Notes under the pieces: generated by a model | What the model was told of the DNA's origin: nothing | The model's database searches: none | The model's input: the letters and a program-made list of their open reading frames with translations, nothing else | Origin: an uncultured Sphingobacteriales bacterium | Lineage (GTDB): Bacteria > Bacteroidota > Bacteroidia > CAILMK01 > CAYYUA01 | NCBI GenBank assembly: GCA_964595485.1 | Contig: CAZQQN010000008.1 | Coordinates: 15,817 to 79,816 of the forward strand | Direction of reading: 5' to 3' | DNA: 64,000 nucleotides | Position numbers and translations under genes: made by a program | Part shown: positions 29,416 to 38,469 of the stretch, one piece after another | How positions within the stretch are numbered: position 1 is the stretch's first letter | Layout of the letters: each line of letters begins with the position of its first letter

Positions 29416-30834
29416 TTAAGTTTTCACAACACCCCGCTCATCGATAATGGAATCTTCCTGGTACTGAGCTTCTGAATTGATCTTCCACAGGTCATGAGAT
29501 TCAGCGTTAGTAATATTTTGAGCCGCTAAAATACCCATCAGTATGCTATGGTCCTGATTCGTATAGTTAAATGCCCCATACCTGCCAATGGCCTGTAAGC
29601 CCATTACCTGATCCAGGTAATTTTTAACAACATCCAGATGGTTTTTATAACCTTTCTGGTAAATGGGGTAGCATCGCGGAATGCGATAGACGTAACCATC
29701 CAGGATTGCTTCTTCGTTAATGATCCTTGATTGCCTTAGCTCTTGGCTTGCTAATGCTATTAACGCAGAATCACCTTTTTGCCAGAAATCATCCTCGAAT
29801 GAGCACCAATATTCCAGGGCCAGAATAGTAGCCTTTTCATTGCCGTAAAGGTTTTCCGACCAGTTACGGAAGTTCGTGATTCGACCTACTTTAAGCCCTT
29901 GAGAATGAATGTATAACCAATTATCCGGGAAAACATCAGGGCTATCAATTTTCAGATAAACCAGGATGGTATTCCTGAATTGCAATTGGTTAGCAGCATC
30001 TTTCACTGCTTCATCGACCCTGGGAAGGCTTTTGACTAAAAGGGTAATGGGCATGGATGAAATAACAGCATCGCAATCAATTATTTCGCCATTTTTTAAA
30101 ACCAGGCCATTCACCTTCTGGTCATCATTAGTTTTTATTTGATTGATTGGTGATCCCAGGTAAATTTGATTGCCACTTTCCCTGATATATTCGGCCATTC
30201 TACTGTATATCATGCCTGTGCCATAAATGGGATACGCAAAACGGTCTGCCAGGGTTTTATGCTTGGTGCCTCCACTGCTAAAAGCATTCTTAATAGCTTC
30301 CCAAAGATCGAGGTTCTTAATACGCTGAACGGCAAAATCTTTATCTAACTGATCACAAGGGATCCCCCACAATTTTTCGCTGTAGGATTTAAAAAAATGT
30401 TCATATAGCCGCTTACCGAATTTACGGGTCGCCCATTCCTCGAAGTTGTCGGCATCAACCTTATTACGTTGTAAATACTGGTAAAAATAGCTTAGCAAGG
30501 AAAGTAAAGCCTCTAAAGGCCCGAGTTTCCATAAAGTTTCAAAAGGCTTGAGGGGATAATGGAAAAATTGTGCCTTGTAATAGATCCGGGTAAGCCGGTT
30601 AACCATCCTATAGTCATCTCCTGCCACTTCCAGCCATAGCCCATTCACTTTTGAATCACTGCTGAAAAACCGGTGCGGCCCAATATCCACAGTTTGACCC
30701 CATAAATGAATGGATTTTGACATGCCGCCAATATCTCCAGAAGCTTCAAAAACTTCCACCTCATACCCGGCCTTGGTTAATTCATAAGCCGCGGTTAAAC
30801 CTGCTGGTCCAGCTCCTATAACGGCGATTTTCAT
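29416..30834 (-). CDS. FAD-dependent flavoprotein, long UDP-galactopyranose mutase-like (Glf family) enzyme
   Basis: N-terminal dinucleotide fold MKIAVIGAGPAGLTAAYEL…FEAS..IGG. LYEHFFKSYSEKLWG matches the conserved Glf FFxxYTxKxWG motif. 472 aa is longer than canonical Glf. Confidence 0.55.
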   Translation of the reverse strand: MKIAVIGAGPAGLTAAYELTKAGYEVEVFEASGDIGGMSKSIHLWGQTVDIGPHRFFSSDSKVNGLWLEVAGDDYRMVNRLTRIYYKAQFFHYPLKPFETLWKLGPLEALLSLLSYFYQYLQRNKVDADNFEEWATRKFGKRLYEHFFKSYSEKLWGIPCDQLDKDFAVQRIKNLDLWEAIKNAFSSGGTKHKTLADRFAYPIYGTGMIYSRMAEYIRESGNQIYLGSPINQIKTNDDQKVNGLVLKNGEIIDCDAVISSMPITLLVKSLPRVDEAVKDAANQLQFRNTILVYLKIDSPDVFPDNWLYIHSQGLKVGRITNFRNWSENLYGNEKATILALEYWCSFEDDFWQKGDSALIALASQELRQSRIINEEAILDGYVYRIPRCYPIYQKGYKNHLDVVKNYLDQVMGLQAIGRYGAFNYTNQDHSILMGILAAQNITNAESHDLWKINSEAQYQEDSIIDERGVVKT

Positions 30835-31141
30835 TTCCTATAACAATTTATTCAGTTAGCGAGTCAAACCCTCAAAAATGCCTTCCACAGAAAGATTTTT
30901 TAATTTAAAAGGCAAAGTTAAAAGTAACTTCAGTAACAAATGGGTTAAAAATCCAGAATTACTTTCTATTGGAGCAAAATTACCGCTCTATTATTCATCT
31001 TTTTACAGTAGGCTCCTATTTTACGATCGTAAACAGCAAGCCAGGTCGGCCTTTACCTCCTTTTTAGTGCTTCTCCTGTCCTACCTATCACGTCATCAAA
31101 TTTTATTTTCTTTGCTGAAGTTAACGTAAAAACTGTCATAA

Positions 31142-32809
31142 ATGAAATTTTCCAGGAATAACGGCTTTTTTCAGTGGCTTTCAATTCTTGCCCTACTCCC
31201 CCTAATCCTTTCGAATCATTCTCTAAAAGCTGAAAAGTCTGGTAACAGTGATATAAAACTTGAGCCGGTAGAAAGCCAGGATTTAGCTAATCTTGATGAA
31301 CAGGACTATACAAGAATAAGCTTCCATTCTCACAAGTCCACTTACTTTGCTGATCAAACATCCCGGTTTCTCCTGGATTTTAGCACGCTCGACAAAGAAC
31401 AATTTCAAGGCAGTACATTAACCATTACCATTAATCAGGAAGATCACAAGTTAACGGAAATAAAACCCGTTCTTATCACCGGATTAAAAACGGGCGATGT
31501 CAATATCCATGTAAAAACCAGCGGTGATGAAAAACAGCTTGGCAGCATGGAATTCAAATTCATGGCAAAAAAACCCGTTTTCACCAATGATGCCATTGTT
31601 TTAGGCATACTTGTTATCCTTTTAGCCCTGATATTTGTTACCTCTAAGAGCGATATTCCCTTTTTCAAGAAATTCTACACTTACGTACCTCCTTTATTAT
31701 TGTGTTACTTTTTACCGGCCCTGCTAAACTCCTTGGGCGTTTTTTCCGGTGAAATTTCCCATTTATACCACATTGCTTCCCGTTACTTGTTGCCGGCAAG
31801 CTTGGTTTTACTAACCCTTAGCATTGACCTTCAGGGGGTTAGAAAGTTAGGTTCAAAAGCGGTTATTATGTTCTTCACAGGAACAGTAGGTATTGTCATT
31901 GGTGGTCCTTTAGCGGTATTAATAGTTTCCACATTTGCTCCGGAAATCGTAGGGGGAGCAGGCCCAGATGCAGTCTGGCGAGGATTAACAACGGTAGCCG
32001 GTAGCTGGATTGGTGGTGGAGCCAACCAGACAGCAATGTATGAGGTATTTGGCGCCAGCGGCCAATTATTTTCAGCCATGATTGCTGTGGATGTGATTGT
32101 TGCCAATATTTGGATGGCCTTCTTATTGTACGGAGCAGGTATATCCAGTAAGATCGATAAAATCTTTAATGCCGATGCCTCAGCAATAGACGAGGTAAGA
32201 CAGCGGATAGAGAATTACAATCTAAGCGTAGCTCGCATTCCTACATTCCCGGATCTAATGAATTTAGCGGCAGTAGGCTTAGGTATTACCGCAGTAGGGC
32301 ACCTTATAGCTGATAACATAGCACCTTACATTCAAGAGACTGCCCCGTATTTAAGTAAGTTCAGTTTAACCTCTAAATTTTTCTGGATTATCGTTGTTGT
32401 TACTACGGCAGGCTTGGTATTGTCATTTACCAAGGCAAGGCGGCTGGAAGGCGTTGGGGCTTCCAAGATGGGTAGTGTTTTCTTATACATCTTAGTAGCA
32501 AGTATTGGTATGCACATGAACATATTAGCGATCTTTGACAATCCAGGGCTATTTATGGTTGGCGGTATTTGGATGCTTATCCACGTGATAATACTGCTTA
32601 GTGTGGGTAAGTTAATCAAGGCCCCATTTTTCTTCACAGCTGTCGGAAGTAAAGCCAATATTGGTGGTGCCGCATCGGCACCGATCGTAGCATCAGCTTT
32701 CCACCCATCCCTTGCTCCGGTAGGTGTGCTATTAGCTGTACTTGGCTACGCTATTGGAACCTATGCAGCCTGGTTCTGCGGGATTTTATTACAGGTGGTG
32801 GGCGCATAG
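31142..32809 (+). CDS. Membrane protein with an N-terminal extracytoplasmic domain and about 10 TM helices (DUF819-like)
   Basis: Signal peptide/TM, then about 130 aa soluble region, then a hydrophobic core with GGGANQTAMYEVFG and GGAASAPIVASAF repeats that suggest an inverted-repeat transporter topology. Confidence 0.4.
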   Translation: MKFSRNNGFFQWLSILALLPLILSNHSLKAEKSGNSDIKLEPVESQDLANLDEQDYTRISFHSHKSTYFADQTSRFLLDFSTLDKEQFQGSTLTITINQEDHKLTEIKPVLITGLKTGDVNIHVKTSGDEKQLGSMEFKFMAKKPVFTNDAIVLGILVILLALIFVTSKSDIPFFKKFYTYVPPLLLCYFLPALLNSLGVFSGEISHLYHIASRYLLPASLVLLTLSIDLQGVRKLGSKAVIMFFTGTVGIVIGGPLAVLIVSTFAPEIVGGAGPDAVWRGLTTVAGSWIGGGANQTAMYEVFGASGQLFSAMIAVDVIVANIWMAFLLYGAGISSKIDKIFNADASAIDEVRQRIENYNLSVARIPTFPDLMNLAAVGLGITAVGHLIADNIAPYIQETAPYLSKFSLTSKFFWIIVVVTTAGLVLSFTKARRLEGVGASKMGSVFLYILVASIGMHMNILAIFDNPGLFMVGGIWMLIHVIILLSVGKLIKAPFFFTAVGSKANIGGAASAPIVASAFHPSLAPVGVLLAVLGYAIGTYAAWFCGILLQVVGA

Positions 32810-32944
32810 CTTTCAGAATACTAAAGTTAGCTAATACCCTCGCTAAGAAGTCCAGAGGGTACATAACTTCCTTAAAGCTTCACAATAACCTTGACTTTGA
32901 CAGGAAAGTCAATCAATGGTTAGTAAAAAGCAATGACAGCTCTT

Positions 32945-33301
32945 TTACAAAAAAGCCTTCTGAAAAAGGGAGTTCAATAATGATTGAATGATACTGAATA
33001 ATAAAGCCCACCAAAAATTTAAAACACTGAAACCGGGAACGACCCATTCAACTAAATAAACCATTAATACATTAACGACCAGAAGGAATAAACCAAAGGT
33101 CAAAACGGTGATCGGGAATGAAATGATCATGAGTAAGGGCTTTAAATAAGTATTAGCAAAGGCTAATAGAAAAGCTACCAAGACAGCAACCCAAAAACCA
33201 CTTACTTCAACACCTGAAAGAAGATAAGCCGTCAACAGAACCGCTACTCCAGCAATGATCAAGCGTATAATACGGGCTAATAAACCTTCATTTTGTTCCA
33301 T
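32945..33301 (-). CDS. Small 4-TM membrane protein, phage-holin-4_2 (YvlD-like) family
   Basis: 118 aa. …YLLSGVEVSGFWVAVLVAFLLAFANTYLKPLL… pattern. Confidence 0.5.
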   Translation of the reverse strand: MEQNEGLLARIIRLIIAGVAVLLTAYLLSGVEVSGFWVAVLVAFLLAFANTYLKPLLMIISFPITVLTFGLFLLVVNVLMVYLVEWVVPGFSVLNFWWALLFSIIQSLLNSLFQKAFL

Positions 33302-33305
33302 ACAA

Positions 33306-34286
33306 TCATGGATTTGCGTTAATTTCTAAAATGACTTTACCCTTAGCCTGGTTTTGAGATACATAAGCATGAGCAGCTGAGGCATCAGTAATGGGATAGA
33401 CCCTATCAACACAGGGTAAAATTTGACCAGTACGATAAGCTTGCAACACCTCTTTTTTGATGGCTTCTGCCAAGGATTTTTTTACCGGTAACAGCTGGTT
33501 GCGCAAGGTAGAACCACGTAGCAGGATATTCTTAGCTAAAATTTGCGCCATGTTTATCCTGGACTTAATACCACCTAAAAGGCCAATTAACAACCAATGT
33601 CCTTGAAATGATAAAACATCCGTATGAAGTTTAGCATAGTTGCTGTCCCCAATTGTGTCAAGTACAAGCTGGATACCTTTCGGAGCCCTATCAAGTATGC
33701 TTTCGCGCAGATCATTGGTTTGATGATTAAAGACATAGTCCGCGCCCAAATTACGACAAAATTCAGCCTTTTCCTGATTGCCGGTTGTCGCAAAAACATT
33801 GGCACCGAATAGCTTTGCTATTTGAATAGCCTTAGAGCCAACACCGCCTGCCGCAGAATGGATCAGTACATTATTGCCTGGCTTAAGCTGGCCTAATTGT
33901 ATCAAATTGAGATAGCTGGTGAATAAAGCTTCCGGGACAGCTGCCCCTTGCGTAGCATCCCAATCAGAGGGCATCGGTAGCAACAAATCAGCAGGAACTG
34001 CTACTTCCTCTGCGTAACCACCGCCGGGGAGCAAAGCCATAACCGGATCTCCGGCGTTCCATTCTTTTACTTCTTTTCCGACCGCTTTCACATAACCTGC
34101 GACCTCAAGACCAAGAATGTTGGAAGCGCCCTCCGGAGGCGGATATAAACCCTTCACTTGCAGTAAGTCAGCCCGGTTGACCCCAGCTGCCTGGACACCA
34201 ACTATAACTTCATGAGATGCAACAGGTGGGCGCTTAATGTCCTCCCAAAGGAGTTCCTGATCTTGATTAACCTGGATAGCTTTCAT
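33306..34286 (-). CDS. NAD(P)H:quinone oxidoreductase (zinc-independent MDR family, Qor/PIG3 type)
   Basis: MKAIQVNQ…EVIVGVQAAGVNRADLLQVKGLYP, AAGGVGSKAIQIAKLFGANV. Confidence 0.8.
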   Translation of the reverse strand: MKAIQVNQDQELLWEDIKRPPVASHEVIVGVQAAGVNRADLLQVKGLYPPPEGASNILGLEVAGYVKAVGKEVKEWNAGDPVMALLPGGGYAEEVAVPADLLLPMPSDWDATQGAAVPEALFTSYLNLIQLGQLKPGNNVLIHSAAGGVGSKAIQIAKLFGANVFATTGNQEKAEFCRNLGADYVFNHQTNDLRESILDRAPKGIQLVLDTIGDSNYAKLHTDVLSFQGHWLLIGLLGGIKSRINMAQILAKNILLRGSTLRNQLLPVKKSLAEAIKKEVLQAYRTGQILPCVDRVYPITDASAAHAYVSQNQAKGKVILEINANP

Positions 34287-34292
34287 CTTGCA

Positions 34293-34988
34293 TTAAGATT
34301 CTAAAGCGGGCTGAATGATTCCTGACAATACTTTTGCGCCATCGGTATTACCAAGTACATCCTCAGCAGCTCGCTCAGGATGTGGCATTAGACCGAAAAC
34401 ATTGCGGTTTTGGTTACAAATGCCCGCAATGCCATCTACCGAGCCATTCGGATTTGCGGCTTCAGAAAAATGGCCTTCTTTATCGCAATACCGAAATAAA
34501 ATCCGGTCTTCTGATTTCAATTTATCAATGGTTTCCTGATGAGCGAAGTAACGCCCCTCGCCATGCGCAACAGGCATTTTGAGAACTTCATTGGTACCGA
34601 TATCCCGGGTTAAGAGCGAATTACTGGTAACCGGTTGTACAAAAAGGTTATTGCAAATGAATTTTTGATTAAGGTTCTCAATCAAGGCTCCGGGTAAAAG
34701 CTGAGCCTCACATAATACCTGGAACCCATTGCAAATACCCAAAACATATCCTCCACGGCTGGCATAGTCAATAATATCTTCCATGATAGGCGAAAACCTG
34801 GCAACAGCACCAGCTCTGAGGTAATCCCCATGGGCAAAGCCACCCGGTAATACAATAAAGTCACAATCTTTCAAACCCCGCTCTTTATGCCAAAGCGGTT
34901 CTACTTCCTGTTGAAAAACATTGCGAAGGGTATGGATGGTATCTCCATCACAGTTTGAACCCGGAAAGATTACTACACCAAATTTCAT
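34293..34988 (-). CDS. purQ: Phosphoribosylformylglycinamidine synthase glutaminase subunit PurQ
   Basis: [25 protein letters not shown] (catalytic Cys) and HPER at the C-terminus. Confidence 0.85.
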   Translation of the reverse strand: MKFGVVIFPGSNCDGDTIHTLRNVFQQEVEPLWHKERGLKDCDFIVLPGGFAHGDYLRAGAVARFSPIMEDIIDYASRGGYVLGICNGFQVLCEAQLLPGALIENLNQKFICNNLFVQPVTSNSLLTRDIGTNEVLKMPVAHGEGRYFAHQETIDKLKSEDRILFRYCDKEGHFSEAANPNGSVDGIAGICNQNRNVFGLMPHPERAAEDVLGNTDGAKVLSGIIQPALES

Positions 34989-35082
34989 AAGGCAAAGTTA
35001 TGGGTTCCTGCATTATTTATCGAAAACTAAGTAGCACTTATCTTTATAATCATACCCCTTCATAAGGATAAAAAAACCTTCC

Positions 35083-35210
35083 TGCCAAATTGTTATGCAA
35101 ATTCGACTTACTAACCTGACGAAAAAGACAGGTCGATTGTTTTTTTGACGTACTATTCTGCCAAACTTTTTCAATCATTGTCAAAAATGCATTTGGCACT
35201 GCTTGGCAAA
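35083..35210. promoter_or_regulatory. Repeated TGCCAAA / TTTGGCA motifs upstream of the tandem Hsp20 genes
   Basis: TGCCAAA at 35083-35089 and 35159-35165. Its reverse complement TTTGGCA is at 35192-35198, and TTGGCAAA at 35203-35210. Confidence 0.3.
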
Positions 35211-35252
35211 AGCTTTGTAATAAAGAGGGGGAAAACAAAAAAATAAACCATT

Positions 35253-35678
35253 ATGGCACTCTTAAGAACAAATGAAACGAATTTTCCAGGACGGCTATCA
35301 GATGTATTAGATCAGTTTTTTGAGGAAGCTAACCGCAGCTCTAATGGAGGTAGCTTTGTTCCTTCTGTTGATTTATCGGAGACGGATAAAAGCTATGAGG
35401 TAGAAACCCATCTACCAGGCATGAAGAAAGATGATATCAATGTAGAGGTTGACGGTAATACACTTAAAATTACTGGTGAAAAGCAAAGGAATAAAGAGGA
35501 TAAGGAAAAAGCTTTTCACCGGATTGAAAGTGAGTACGGCCATTTCCGAAGGGAATTACAAATACCTGAAGATGGGGATTTCGAGAGCATTGAAGCCAAA
35601 TATGAAAATGGTGTTTTGCACTTGAGCATTCCAAAATCCAAAAAGAAAGAAAACACAAAAAAAATCGATATCAAATGA
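35253..35678 (+). CDS. Hsp20/alpha-crystallin family small heat-shock protein
   Basis: 141 aa. Alpha-crystallin domain; …VDL.E.D..YE…PGMKKDDINVE….G..L.I.GEK…. Confidence 0.85.
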   Translation: MALLRTNETNFPGRLSDVLDQFFEEANRSSNGGSFVPSVDLSETDKSYEVETHLPGMKKDDINVEVDGNTLKITGEKQRNKEDKEKAFHRIESEYGHFRRELQIPEDGDFESIEAKYENGVLHLSIPKSKKKENTKKIDIK

Positions 35679-35728
35679 TGGTTTCAGCTATAGCTAAACT
35701 AAACTGAAAACCATTGTCGAACAAAAAA

Positions 35729-35737
35729 AAGGAGGTG
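35729..35737 (+). promoter_or_regulatory. Canonical Shine-Dalgarno (AAGGAGGTG) 5 nt upstream of the second Hsp20 start
   Basis: AAGGAGGTG at 35729-35737, ATG at 35742. Confidence 0.5.
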
Positions 35738-35741
35738 AGTT

Positions 35742-36179
35742 ATGACACTTATAAAAGCTAACGAACCCAGAATCCCGAGCTTGACAGGATCCTTCAGCAA
35801 CATGTTAGATCGTTTCTTTGATGAAGCTGTTAAAACACCAGGAACATTGGGTAATTTCATGCCAACCGTAGACTTGAAAGAAGATGATAACAATTATGAA
35901 ATTGATGTAAGCGTTCCTGGCATGAAGAAGGATGACATCAATCTGGAATTAGATGGTCAAACCTTACACATAAGTGGCGAAAAAGAAAAGAAAGATGATG
36001 ACAAGCAAAAAACTTATCACAGGGTAGAATCCACTTATGGCTATTTTGAAAGGTATTTCACCTTACCCGATAATGCTAAGGTTGATGAAATTGATGCCCA
36101 ATATGAGGAAGGTGTTTTGAAGATCAGCATCCCCAAAGATAAGGAAAAGACCGAAACAAAGAAGATCGACATCAAGTAA
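35742..36179 (+). CDS. Hsp20/alpha-crystallin family small heat-shock protein (paralog)
   Basis: 145 aa, collinear with the upstream Hsp20 (PGMKKDDINLELDGQTLHISGEK… vs PGMKKDDINVEVDGNTLKITGEK…). Confidence 0.85.
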   Translation: MTLIKANEPRIPSLTGSFSNMLDRFFDEAVKTPGTLGNFMPTVDLKEDDNNYEIDVSVPGMKKDDINLELDGQTLHISGEKEKKDDDKQKTYHRVESTYGYFERYFTLPDNAKVDEIDAQYEEGVLKISIPKDKEKTETKKIDIK

Positions 36180-36215
36180 GCTAACAAAACTTGCTTGCTG
36201 TTTGAACTGTTTGCT

Positions 36216-36247
36216 AAAAAGCCCACTTATGCCGGTGGGCTTTTTTT
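36216..36247 (+). terminator. Rho-independent terminator after the Hsp20 pair
   Basis: AAAGCCCAC-ttatgccg-GTGGGCTTTTTTT. Confidence 0.6.
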
Positions 36248-36439
36248 AATGCAAATGTTAAAATAATTGACCAACCCTCTGAAAGTAATATTGGTAATAA
36301 ACCATTTCAGCTGGTCAATTATACCATCCGGACGAAGGAGGGAGTGTTATTAGGTTAAATGATTAAGTAATAATGCTTTTTAACTATAGTCATGATTGGT
36401 TTACCTACTCTGTAACGGGTCATAAGATTAGATCTTGAA

Positions 36440-37342
36440 CTAGCCAAATAATTCCTGCCCAAGGCGGTAAGTATTGCAGTGAGCATCTAAAATTTCCCGG
36501 AGGCTATTAGAATACCCTCCTCCCATTACTGCTGTTAGCGGAATTCCGTACTGCCGGGCCATTTTCAAAACCATCCTGTCACGTTCCTTAGTGCCTGATT
36601 TTGAGATATTTAATCGCCCCAACTTGTCGTTAGCCAAAATATCTACACCAGCTTGGTAAAAAATAAAATCAGGATTAACCTTTTGAACTAAGTAAGGCAA
36701 ATAATCCCCAAGCAAGGATAAATAATACTCATCCTTCGTCCCTTCAGGTAAGGGCAAATCAAGGTCAGAAAAATCCTTAGTATGGGGAAAATTCCTGGCT
36801 CCATGCATACTGAATGTAAAAACACGAGGTTCCTCTTTGAAAATAGATGCTGTACCATTTCCCTGGTGAACATCCAGGTCTATAACCAGGATTTGCCTCA
36901 TCTTCATGTGCCTTAACAGGTAATTAGCCCCCACCGCAATATCATTGAAGATACAATACCCTTCACCCGTGTCTTTTGAGGCATGGTGCGTACCCCCTGC
37001 TACATTGAACGCTATGCCTGTATCCATAGCAGAAATCGCTGCCTGGATTGTCCCGTAGGTAATGCAGAATTCCCTCTTCAACAATTGTTCACTGTATGGG
37101 AAGCCTATGCGTCTTGCTGCTTTTCTTGAAATGGTACCAGCTTGCAGCTGCGCTATGTAATCCTGGTCATGTACCTCACGAATAAGGTTTTCTGACATCC
37201 AATCCGGACTAAAAAACTGTTCTTCAGTAGCTGTCCCTTCATACACCAATTGCTCTGGGATCAACTCGTACTTCATCATTGGAAAACGATGGTGGGCCGG
37301 AAGCGGATGTTTGTAAATGGGATCATAAGCAATACGAATCAC
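36440..37342 (-). CDS. Histone-deacetylase-family (arginase/deacetylase superfamily) protein, AcuC/acetylpolyamine amidohydrolase-like
   Basis: 300 aa. HHASKDTGEGYCIFNDIAV and DLDVHQGNGT metal/active-site motifs of the HDAC class. GTG start as mapped. Confidence 0.75.
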   Translation of the reverse strand: MIRIAYDPIYKHPLPAHHRFPMMKYELIPEQLVYEGTATEEQFFSPDWMSENLIREVHDQDYIAQLQAGTISRKAARRIGFPYSEQLLKREFCITYGTIQAAISAMDTGIAFNVAGGTHHASKDTGEGYCIFNDIAVGANYLLRHMKMRQILVIDLDVHQGNGTASIFKEEPRVFTFSMHGARNFPHTKDFSDLDLPLPEGTKDEYYLSLLGDYLPYLVQKVNPDFIFYQAGVDILANDKLGRLNISKSGTKERDRMVLKMARQYGIPLTAVMGGGYSNSLREILDAHCNTYRLGQELFG

Positions 37343-37348
37343 AACGGC

Positions 37349-38392
37349 TTACTTTAGTTGGTACTCAATGACCTTTTCTTCTGGATTAAATGGCACTACA
37401 TCGTTAAGCTCAAGCGATAATACTGCCACATCAATCATTTCGTCTTCAGTGTAACGAACTGGATCCTCAGCTTGTTTTTTAAGGAAATATCGACCAGCTT
37501 CCATCAGAGCTCGTTTTGGGACCATTCCAACAATTTCTGATCCCGTAACCCTTAATCCGTGTTCATTAGCCTTTTCTACAACCGTTTCAAAAACTTGGTG
37601 CAGCGGAGAAGTTTGAATATCAACTAAGTTCAGCGAGATCTGCGCAAGGCCAAATTCCTCAATGTACCAACCAATCCCTTTCACTTTTTTTAAGATTCCT
37701 TCAATTCTTTTGGTTTGGCCAAATTCATCCTTTAAAAGATTGCCATTTTTATCCCTTTTGGGCCTGCCGCTTTCCCTCACTTCACAAGCCACTGCATGCG
37801 CCTTCTCAGCTTTTTTTGTATTAAGGTTCATGTTATAGGCAATTAGAAAATCCCGTGCCCCGATTGCTGTTACACCAGCCTTTTCATGAAGTTTGTCCGG
37901 TCCAAAATCAGGCGCCCACTCAGGATCAAGTAATTTGTTAGCCATACCCTCATAGCCCCCCTTTCTAACCCTGGCCAGGTTTTGGCGTTCAGGCTTTGAA
38001 GCCGAGTATTCATACAAGAAAACAGGTATGCCTAATTCTTCGCCAACACGCTTACCCAGGTGTTTAGCCCACTGATCTACCTCTTCAATGGTCATATTTT
38101 CCAAAGGTATTAATGGGCATACATCCGTAGACCCCATTCTGGGATGCGCACCCATGTGCTTTGTCATATCTATGGTCTGGGCCGCATGATTGATAGCCTT
38201 AAAAGCAGCTTCAACCACAGCCTCAGGAGGACCCGCAAAAGTAAAAACCGTCCTGTGAGCTGCTTCACCTGAATCAACATTCAGCAACTGGACACCTGAA
38301 ACACCCTCTATAGCCTTTTTGAGCCCATTTATTACTTCATTGTCTTTTCCCTCGCTGAAATTAGGGACACATTCTAAAAGCTTTTTCGCCAT
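37349..38392 (-). CDS. ftcD: Glutamate formimidoyltransferase (FtcD transferase domain)
   Basis: LLECVPNFSEGKD N-terminus characteristic of formiminotransferase. ATG at 38392; the ORF track begins at TTG 38398. Confidence 0.75.
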   Translation of the reverse strand: MAKKLLECVPNFSEGKDNEVINGLKKAIEGVSGVQLLNVDSGEAAHRTVFTFAGPPEAVVEAAFKAINHAAQTIDMTKHMGAHPRMGSTDVCPLIPLENMTIEEVDQWAKHLGKRVGEELGIPVFLYEYSASKPERQNLARVRKGGYEGMANKLLDPEWAPDFGPDKLHEKAGVTAIGARDFLIAYNMNLNTKKAEKAHAVACEVRESGRPKRDKNGNLLKDEFGQTKRIEGILKKVKGIGWYIEEFGLAQISLNLVDIQTSPLHQVFETVVEKANEHGLRVTGSEIVGMVPKRALMEAGRYFLKKQAEDPVRYTEDEMIDVAVLSLELNDVVPFNPEEKVIEYQLK

Positions 38393-38469
38393 AATCAAGA
38401 AGATTTGCCCTTACATAATGTTACTTAAGTTTCAACGTAGTTTAGCTAATGATTTTTGATAAACCATTC

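Noticed and set aside
30878-31129. 83-aa ORF in the divergent intergenic region between the Glf-like gene and the DUF819-like gene
   Set aside because: Low-complexity hydrophobic/Ser-Leu-rich translation with no plausible start context. More likely promoter DNA.
35191-35210. Possible sigma-54 promoter (TGGCAC…TTGGCA) upstream of hsp20
   Set aside because: The spacing and second element do not fit the TGGCAC-N5-TTGCA consensus (the second element reads TTGGCA, not TTGCA, after a 3-4 nt gap). It is better explained as inverted copies of the TGCCAAA repeat.
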